NCBI GenBank assembly: GCA_963760165.1
Contig: CAVXBO010000005.1
Location: forward strand, 11,459-75,458
Direction of reading: 5' to 3'
Source: an uncultured Acidobacteriota bacterium
Lineage (GTDB): Bacteria; Acidobacteriota; Terriglobia; Acidiferrales; UBA7541
DNA length: 64,000 nt
Below the pieces are notes generated by a model, which saw nothing but the letters and a program-made list of their open reading frames with translations, was not told the DNA's origin and made no database searches. Position 1 is the first letter of the stretch. Each line of letters begins with the position of its first letter. This document shows, one piece after another, positions 57,815-64,000 of the stretch. The translations under genes and the position numbers were made by a program.

Positions 57815-58366
57815 CGGGTTCTTGCCGCGCGGTTCCCATTGCGGGTTTGGCGGGCACAAGCCCGACTCTCCGCGCCAGTAAAACCGGTAGCTGCTCCAGG
57901 GCCAGTCCTTGGGCGTTTGCGCTACTTTTCTCTTCACGGGATTGAAATGCATGTAATTCAATTTCTCATTCCGCTTGCGCGCGCTCTAGACGTTGAAGTC
58001 GTAAAACCGCCGTTGCCAGAAGTGGGCATAGCGTTTGAGGGCAGAGTCGGCCCAGAGTTCGAACTGCCCGGCAGCTGCCTTTCTTCTGTTCCTGCGCAGC
58101 GCTCGCGATACGCGTTGCTTCAAGGCCTTCATCACGTCGGACGGATTTCCCACGTTTGGTTCGCTGATCAGCAAATGGATGTGCTCGGGCATGACGACAT
58201 AGCCGAGCAAGGCAAAGTCGTAGCGGTCGCGCACGTGAGCCAGGATTAGGAGAAAGACGTCGCGGGCGCGCGGCGTGGAGAGCAGAGGCTTTCGACGGTA
58301 ACAACTGCAGGTGATGAAGTGGAGGTGTCCCAGGCCGTAACGGCGTTCCAGACGATGCTTGTTCAA
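57815..58366 (-). pseudogene. second RAYT/IS200-like Y1 transposase with an in-frame TAG
   Basis: HUH motif PEHIHLL. ...FWQRRFYDFNV-TAG(57986-57988)-SARKRNEKLNYMHFNPVKRKV...DWPWSSYRFY is all in one frame, and TAG sits where TGG (Trp) would be expected. Confidence 0.75.
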
Positions 58367-58652
58367 AATTCAACCTCCACACTCTTTGCAAAACCGGCAA
58401 AGAATGTGGCACCCACTGTTTTCCTCTGTGCCTTGGCGAGAAAACGAGTGTGGTATTATGCGCCCAGACGCTCCCTCGGGAGGCTGTTTCCTGGATGACA
58501 AACAAGCAACACCCATCTGACAATTCCAGGCCGGCAATGACCTTCACGGTTAGGTAACCGGATGGTATCATCTCGCCGATGATTCAGCGTAAACGACGGA
58601 AGGCTGGGCCACCCGCCACAACGGTTAATTACCCATTGTGTGTGCGCTTTCC

Positions 58653-58883
58653 TTAGGCGGTTTGGCAGCAGGGGCGGCCGGGGCGGCAGGTGTCGAAGCC
58701 GACGAGCTTGCCGTCGGGGCCAACAGGCGATTGCGTGCGCGAGCACCAGAAAGGCCCGGCATTGCGGCCGTCGGAAGCGTCTTCGTCCTGTTGGTAGAAG
58801 AGTTTTTTCGAGCGCACGGAACGGCAGATTTCGCCGGTGGAGATGAGGACGTTGAGGCTTGGTCCAGTAGAAGATTTCAGCAT
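58653..58883 (-). CDS. small Cys-containing hypothetical protein (76 aa)
   Basis: GGAAGGAG 8 nt upstream of the ATG. No family recognised. Confidence 0.45.
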   Translation of the reverse strand: MLKSSTGPSLNVLISTGEICRSVRSKKLFYQQDEDASDGRNAGPFWCSRTQSPVGPDGKLVGFDTCRPGRPCCQTA

Positions 58884-58912
58884 GGCGTTAACTCCTTCCC
58901 GCGAAAAACGAA

Positions 58913-59191
58913 ACTGCAGATTCCTCGTCGGATGGGCAGGCAGGCTCGGAATGACAATGTTTCGCCATTACCGAGATACCGTTGTTGCACCGACGGCATC
59001 GATGCGATAACTCCGATCGCGACCTACAAAAGCTAAAGACTGGCAGCGTAAAGCCGCCGCTACAAAAACGAACACGAACGACAAATTCAAATGCCGCAGA
59101 ACTTCTGAAACGCGAAGCTCTGCGCTACAAATTCAGATTCCTCGCGAGAGCTAAAGACTGGCGGCGTAAAGCCGCCGCTACAAAAGCGAAC
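58913..59191. repeat. cluster of REP/BIME-like modules 3' of the molybdoenzyme operon
   Basis: CAGATTCCTCG occurs at 58917 and 59134. GCTAAAGACTGGC(A/G)GCGTAAAGCCGCCGCTACAAAA(A/G)CGAAC occurs at 59031-59072 and 59150-59191. Confidence 0.6.
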
Positions 59192-59195
59192 CATG

Positions 59196-60203
59196 CTACT
59201 CAGCCATGGCCGCGGCCGAACGTTCGCGGACGGCGGCGAACAGGGCGCGCTTGACGGAAACGCGCACGAGCTGGACTTTGTAGCCGTTGCGGCTGAGCGG
59301 CGTGGCGCCTTGCGCGGCAGCGTCGCCGGCCTTCGCGGCGGTTTCTTCGTTGATGGTTTTGCCTTCGAGCCATTTGGCCGCATCGTCGGCAGGCCAGGGC
59401 TTGGGCGCAACATGGCCGAGGACAATGCGGGCGCTCTGGACGGTATTTCCGTTCATTTTTAGCGCGACAGCGGCAGCGGCGAGAGGCCAGTCCATGCCTT
59501 CTTTCTGGCGGACTTCATAGGTGGCACTGCGCATGCCACGCGATGCCGCGGGGACGATGATTTCGGTGACGATTTCGTTGGGAGCGAGCGCGTGTTCGCG
59601 CTGGTCAGGCTTTTGCGGAATGACGAAGAAGTCCGCAACGGAAACGTCGCGGCCGCCGCTCGCACCTTCGATGTGAAGTTGCGCGCCGAGGGCGACGAGC
59701 GCCGGTGCAAGACTGGAAGGGCTGACGAATTTTGCCGGGCCAGAATTTCCGAAGATGGCGTGATAGCGATTGTCGCCTTGCGCGACCAGTGATTTTCCAT
59801 CTTTGTCCAGCGCGAGAAAGCCAAAGCCGTTGCGGTAATACCAGCAGCGCGGGCGCTGGCAGAGTTCACCGGCGACCGTGCCCATGTTGCGGAGTTGCGG
59901 GCTACGAATGCCGTCCGCGGCGTCGGTGATGGCGGGGAAACCCTTGCGAACATCGGATGCCAAGAGCAACTGGTCGATGGTGACCGCGGCGCCGATTCGC
60001 AATGCTCCATTGTCGTTCCGAACAGCATGGAGTTCTCCGACCTTCTTGATGCTGACGAGGCGCTTGGTTTCCTCGATATCGTCTTTGAGCAAGGAGATCA
60101 AATCGGTGCCGCCAGCGAAGACCGAAGCGTCTTCCCAATCAGAGCCAAGGAGAGCGATTGCTTCCTTCAGGCTTGAGGGGCTTGCGTACTCGAATGCGTC
60201 CAT
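59196..60203 (-). CDS. xanthine dehydrogenase family FAD-binding subunit (CoxM/PaoB-like)
   Basis: FEYASPSSLKEAIALL...AGGTDL FAD-binding motif. 1-nt overlap with the upstream gene. Confidence 0.9.
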   Translation of the reverse strand: MDAFEYASPSSLKEAIALLGSDWEDASVFAGGTDLISLLKDDIEETKRLVSIKKVGELHAVRNDNGALRIGAAVTIDQLLLASDVRKGFPAITDAADGIRSPQLRNMGTVAGELCQRPRCWYYRNGFGFLALDKDGKSLVAQGDNRYHAIFGNSGPAKFVSPSSLAPALVALGAQLHIEGASGGRDVSVADFFVIPQKPDQREHALAPNEIVTEIIVPAASRGMRSATYEVRQKEGMDWPLAAAAVALKMNGNTVQSARIVLGHVAPKPWPADDAAKWLEGKTINEETAAKAGDAAAQGATPLSRNGYKVQLVRVSVKRALFAAVRERSAAAMAE

Positions 60204-62344
60204 TAGGCCACGCCTCCTTTGCCGAGGGCTGTGAGAACGCGGTCAGGCGTCAGCGGCAGCTCCGGCACGCGCACGCCGATGGCGTTGGCGACGGCGTTGG
60301 AAATGGCGGCGCCGGGTGAAATCACCGGTGGCTCGCCGAGTCCAATGGTGCCGCGCTCGTCGTAGCCGGGCCCGGTCATCATGTGGACGGCGATTTCGCC
60401 AATGTCGCCGATGCCTGCAAGTTTGTAAAACTCCATGTTGGGATTGAGGCAGCGGCCGGTGGGCTGGTCCATGATTTTTTCCTCGAAGAGCGCGTAGCAG
60501 ACGCCCATGATGCAGGCGCCGTAGACCTGGCTTTCCGCGGTTTTGAGGTCAATGATGAGGCCGCAGTCCTGGACGGCAACGTGTTTGACCATGCGGACCA
60601 CGCCGGTCTCGACGTCGACCTCGACCTCGCTCATGTGCACGCCGCCGACGCCGCTGGACATCAAGTCGTTCGATGTCTTGCCCGTGCCGCTGATCGAGGA
60701 TGCTCCGAGCTTGGCGCAGGCTTGCTTCCACGGGATCGATTTCGAGGGATCACCTTTTACCTGAATTTTTCCGTTCCAGGCTTCGAGTTGATCGACGGGA
60801 GCACCGAGCGACGGCGCGACCTTGGCGAGAAGCTCGTTCAATGCGTTGGTGGCGGCGCGGCGCGTCGACGTGCTGACGCCGCTGACGGTGGTGGAGCCGC
60901 CGGATGCGCCCGCCGGAGGATACTTGTTGTCGCCGAGGTTGACTTTCACGGCTTCGAGCGGAAGGCCGAGAGTTTCCGCGGTGACGATGTTGATGACGGT
61001 GCGCGTGCCGGTGCCGAGGTCCTGGCTGCCGATGTTGGTTTCAACGGAACCGTCAGGGTGAATCACCACTTGGCAATTGCTCTGATTTCCGCGGCCGCCC
61101 CAGGTATGCAGAGAGAGTCCGAGTCCGCGTTTTAGCGGTCCCGAGCCGCCCTGTGCGCGGGGATGCCATTTGCTCTTCCAGTCGATCAACTGCGAAGCGA
61201 TGGCAAATTCTTCGCGGTACGTTTTTGCGCGTTCGCCCGCCAAGTCGATGTTCTTGAGCACGAAGTCGACCGGGTCCATGTTCAGTTTGGCGGCGAGATC
61301 TTCCATGGCGCTATTGGAGATCAGGGCCATTTGCGGATGATTCGGAGCGCGCCAGGAGCGCGCCGGGCCGATATTGGTGAGAACCGCCGTGTATTTGGAG
61401 CGCACGTTGGGAGGCTCCAAGATATACGGAAGCTTGGGAGAACCCTCGGCTTGGGTGCCACCAGTGCCCCAGGCGTCGGAATCCCAGGCGACCAGGGTGC
61501 CGTCACGCTTTGCGCCGACCTTGACATGCGCGTGCATGGAGGGCCGGCAACCGGCGACCATTAATTCATGATCGCGCTCGAGCATCATCTTGACAGGGCG
61601 GCCGGTTTTCTTGGAAAGCTGCGCGCAGGCGATGCCCCAAGTGTCCGCGGCGAATTTGCTGCCGAATCCGCCGCCCATGTATTGAGTGATGATGTTGACA
61701 TTATTCGCGGGAATTTTGATTCCCTGCTCGCCGAGACCTTCAACGAACTCGCCCGTAAGGTCGGTGACAGCCTGCGTGGAGGCCCAGACGGTTAAGTTGT
61801 CGCCATTCCATTCGGTGACTTGTCCGTGCGTCTCGAGGCAGCAGTGGGTAATCACCGGGATGCCGTAATTTCCTTCGCTGACCACGTCTGCCTGCTGAAA
61901 TCCTTGGTCAGGATTTCCGTTGACGCGGTTTTCGAGCTGCTTGGAATACTGAGCGCCTGCGTGTTGTGGGTTGGTGTCGGAGACAAGGTAAGGCAGTTGC
62001 TGGTAATCGATCTTGATGGCGTCGGCGGCGGCTTCCGCGCGTTCTTCGGAGTCTGCGGCGACGGCAACGATTTCCTGTCCTGCCCAGAAAATCTCTTGAC
62101 CCTCGGGCATGATGGTGACGACGGCCTTCACGCCCGGCATTTTTTCGGCGGCGCTGGTGTCGATTTTGGTGACCTTGGCGTGAGCGTAAGGGCAGGTGGC
62201 CATTTTGCCCCAGAGCATTCCTGGGCGATTCATGTCGTAAGAATATTTCGCGCGGCCGGCGGATTTTTGCGGGCCGTCAATTCGCTTGATGCGCTTGCCG
62301 ATAAGCGCGCGATGGTCTGCTGGAGGCCAGTGATAGTCAGCCAT
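60203..62344 (-). CDS. xanthine dehydrogenase family molybdopterin-binding subunit (CoxL/PaoC-like)
   Basis: 713 aa with aldehyde oxidase/xanthine dehydrogenase a/b-hammerhead and Moco domains (GGGFG). Confidence 0.93.
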   Translation of the reverse strand: MADYHWPPADHRALIGKRIKRIDGPQKSAGRAKYSYDMNRPGMLWGKMATCPYAHAKVTKIDTSAAEKMPGVKAVVTIMPEGQEIFWAGQEIVAVAADSEERAEAAADAIKIDYQQLPYLVSDTNPQHAGAQYSKQLENRVNGNPDQGFQQADVVSEGNYGIPVITHCCLETHGQVTEWNGDNLTVWASTQAVTDLTGEFVEGLGEQGIKIPANNVNIITQYMGGGFGSKFAADTWGIACAQLSKKTGRPVKMMLERDHELMVAGCRPSMHAHVKVGAKRDGTLVAWDSDAWGTGGTQAEGSPKLPYILEPPNVRSKYTAVLTNIGPARSWRAPNHPQMALISNSAMEDLAAKLNMDPVDFVLKNIDLAGERAKTYREEFAIASQLIDWKSKWHPRAQGGSGPLKRGLGLSLHTWGGRGNQSNCQVVIHPDGSVETNIGSQDLGTGTRTVINIVTAETLGLPLEAVKVNLGDNKYPPAGASGGSTTVSGVSTSTRRAATNALNELLAKVAPSLGAPVDQLEAWNGKIQVKGDPSKSIPWKQACAKLGASSISGTGKTSNDLMSSGVGGVHMSEVEVDVETGVVRMVKHVAVQDCGLIIDLKTAESQVYGACIMGVCYALFEEKIMDQPTGRCLNPNMEFYKLAGIGDIGEIAVHMMTGPGYDERGTIGLGEPPVISPGAAISNAVANAIGVRVPELPLTPDRVLTALGKGGVA

Positions 62345-63066
62345 TAGGCTCGCGCTCCTTTCGCTTTGATGGTGGTAGCTGCTTCGAGGACGGCGTCCTT
62401 AATTCCCATATAGGTGCCGCAGCGGCAGAGGTTGCCGCCGAGCGATTTTTCAAGGCCTTCGCGCGTGGGATGCGGCTCGTGGTCAAGGTATGCGGTGCAA
62501 GCCATGACGAAGCCGGGAGTGCAGAAGCCGCACTGCTGCGCGTCGTTGTTCCAGAAAGCTTCCGACATGGGATGGAGTCCCTCGGCGGGTTCGAGGCCTT
62601 CGATGGTGGTGATGTCGTGCCCTTGGGCGTCGATGGCAAGGGTGGTGCAAGAATAGACGGCGCGTCCGTCGATGTGCACGGTGCAAGCGCCGCAAGTGGC
62701 GCGGTCACAAACTTTTTTTGAGCCGGTAAGGTCCAGATGATTACGCAAGGCGTCGAGGAGGGTGACGCGAGGCTCAAGGTTCAGCGTGCGCGTCTGGCCA
62801 TTGATCTTGAGCGTGATGGGTCCTTCGCCCGGTCCAATCACGCCGCCGTTGCCGCCCATTCCGGCGGTTTGCGGCCGTGGCGCGGCCTGGAGCACGCGAT
62901 CCGCGAGCAGCGCGCCAGCGGATGCGGCGACGCTAGCGATTCCAGCGCCCTTGATGAAGCGGCGCCGCGAGAGATCCGGCAAGTTCTCATTTTGCGCGTC
63001 TTTGGCGTGCGAACGATCCGGCTTTTCCTCGCCGGTTGGACGCGGCTTATCGTCATTCGACGTCAT
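62344..63066 (-). CDS. (2Fe-2S)-binding small subunit with twin-arginine signal (CoxS/PaoA-like)
   Basis: SRRRFIKGAGIASVAA TAT motif. CDRATCGACTV and CGFCTPG clusters. Confidence 0.9.
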   Translation of the reverse strand: MTSNDDKPRPTGEEKPDRSHAKDAQNENLPDLSRRRFIKGAGIASVAASAGALLADRVLQAAPRPQTAGMGGNGGVIGPGEGPITLKINGQTRTLNLEPRVTLLDALRNHLDLTGSKKVCDRATCGACTVHIDGRAVYSCTTLAIDAQGHDITTIEGLEPAEGLHPMSEAFWNNDAQQCGFCTPGFVMACTAYLDHEPHPTREGLEKSLGGNLCRCGTYMGIKDAVLEAATTIKAKGARA

Positions 63067-63380
63067 GAATGCACCCCCTACGGATTACGGAGTCGGAATT
63101 ACAAGTGAACGGGAGGAACTGCGATGCGGGCCGATTTCGACGAGCCTTACGAATCACCTTGGCTCCCTCAGAACGCCGCCGGTATGATAGTTTCAGCGGA
63201 ACGGTAAAGTCAAAGTCTTAGATAGCGCATAGGGGAGACCGTTTTGAGTGAGGCGTGGAGTGGAGGAGGAAGGGCTGTTACGCGCTCAGGTTTTTGCTGT
63301 ATTGCTTGGCTGACGCGGGCCGGTAAAGAATTACTAGGTTAGCTGAAATATTTTGCAGCTGGGGGAAAACTGTGGCGACA

Positions 63381-64000
63381 ATGCGAGTGGGAACGTCCGA
63401 GATGAGCCAGACTCCGGTTACCGAGTGGTTTGAACAGAAGTCTTGCGCCCACGTCGTTCAATTCTATACCGATGACGCGGTTCTTGTGGACGCGTCGGCG
63501 CGCTTTGTCGGAGCCGCGCTCGGAGCCGGCGACGCAGCCGTGGTTATCGCCACGCCCGCGCACCGCGACGGAATCGCAGAACGTTTGAAGGCTGCCGGGA
63601 TCGACACAGTTCAAGCGAGGCACCAGAGCCGGTACGTGGTGTTCGACGCAGGAGAAACGCTGGCGAAGTTCATGGTGAAGGGACTGCCGGATACAAAGCT
63701 TTTCGAAGAGGTCATAGGACCGGCGATTGATCAAGCGCGAGCCGCTACATTGCGCTCCGAAGAGGCGCGGGTCATTGCATTTGGAGAAATGGTGGCGATT
63801 TTGTGGGCTGAAGGCAACCACAGAGCTGCCATCCAGCTGGAGAAATTGTGGAACAACCTCGCTGAGACACACGCATTTTCGTTGCGTTGCGCCTATCCGA
63901 TGCCACGCTTTGACCGTGGAGAACACTCGGAACCGTTCCTGCAAATCTGCGCGGAGCATGAAGGAGTGATCCCGACGGAGGCCTATACGGATTTGACCGA
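63381..64000 (+). CDS. MEDS-domain protein, N-terminal part (runs off the right edge)
   Basis: Hand translation: MRVGTSEMSQTPVTEWFEQKSCAHVVQFYTDDAVLVDASARFVGAALGAGDAAVVIAT...FGEMVAILWAEGNHRAAIQLEKLWNNL. Not in the ORF track because no stop lies in the window. An in-frame GTG at 63372 is an alternative start. Confidence 0.7.
   Translation, partial: MRVGTSEMSQTPVTEWFEQKSCAHVVQFYTDDAVLVDASARFVGAALGAGDAAVVIATPAHRDGIAERLKAAGIDTVQARHQSRYVVFDAGETLAKFMVKGLPDTKLFEEVIGPAIDQARAATLRSEEARVIAFGEMVAILWAEGNHRAAIQLEKLWNNLAETHAFSLRCAYPMPRFDRGEHSEPFLQICAEHEGVIPTEAYTDLT

Noticed and set aside
58913-59191. Possible CRISPR array (also considered for 54225-54296)
   Set aside because: The repeats are irregularly spaced, differ in type and lack unique spacers of constant length. 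The 9-bp array is in-frame coding sequence. No cas genes are present.
63339-63959. 206-aa minus-strand ORF at the right edge
   Set aside because: The plus strand encodes a clear MEDS-domain N-terminus (HVVQFY...) that runs off the window, so the minus ORF is its shadow.

Overview
GC-rich bacterial chromosomal segment. The gene content (ADOP/MacB-type FtsX permease, PEP-CTERM proteins, CPBP protease, MEDS protein, dense REP-like hairpins) looks Acidobacteriota-like; this is inference only, no search was possible. Most of the window is housekeeping: atpF'-atpF-atpH, nagA, a heat-shock cluster (hsp20-clpB-htpX), rlmI, queA, comF, dksA-type, a 2-oxoacid dehydrogenase operon (lpdA-lipB-E1alpha-E1beta-E2), greA, isoaspartyl peptidase, an EF-G paralog, an MltD-like LysM transglycosylase and a TAT-exported PaoABC/Cox-like molybdoenzyme. 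Accessory or unusual content: (1) a translationally coupled HipA-like kinase + DUF3037-like pair directly downstream of a membrane-anchored MutS-related ATPase (23.2-26.8 kb), which is my best candidate for an uncharacterised system; (2) a 3.9-kb island bounded by 124-bp direct repeats whose inner breakpoint is in the anticodon loop of tRNA-Ser(GCU). The island carries a 5'-truncated RHS toxin module, and its downstream multi-TM (putative immunity) gene is cleanly split by an intact IS3-family element; (3) two RAYT (IS200-like Y1 transposase) genes with inverted REP-like flanks, one carrying an in-frame amber codon, plus REP/BIME-like hairpin clusters; (4) a BrnT/BrnA toxin-antitoxin pair; (5) four single-base frameshifts (in three genes) that all sit in homopolymer runs, so they are either pseudogenes or assembly errors. 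No rRNA genes or CRISPR arrays were seen. All family calls come from motif recognition by eye and need HMM/BLAST confirmation.
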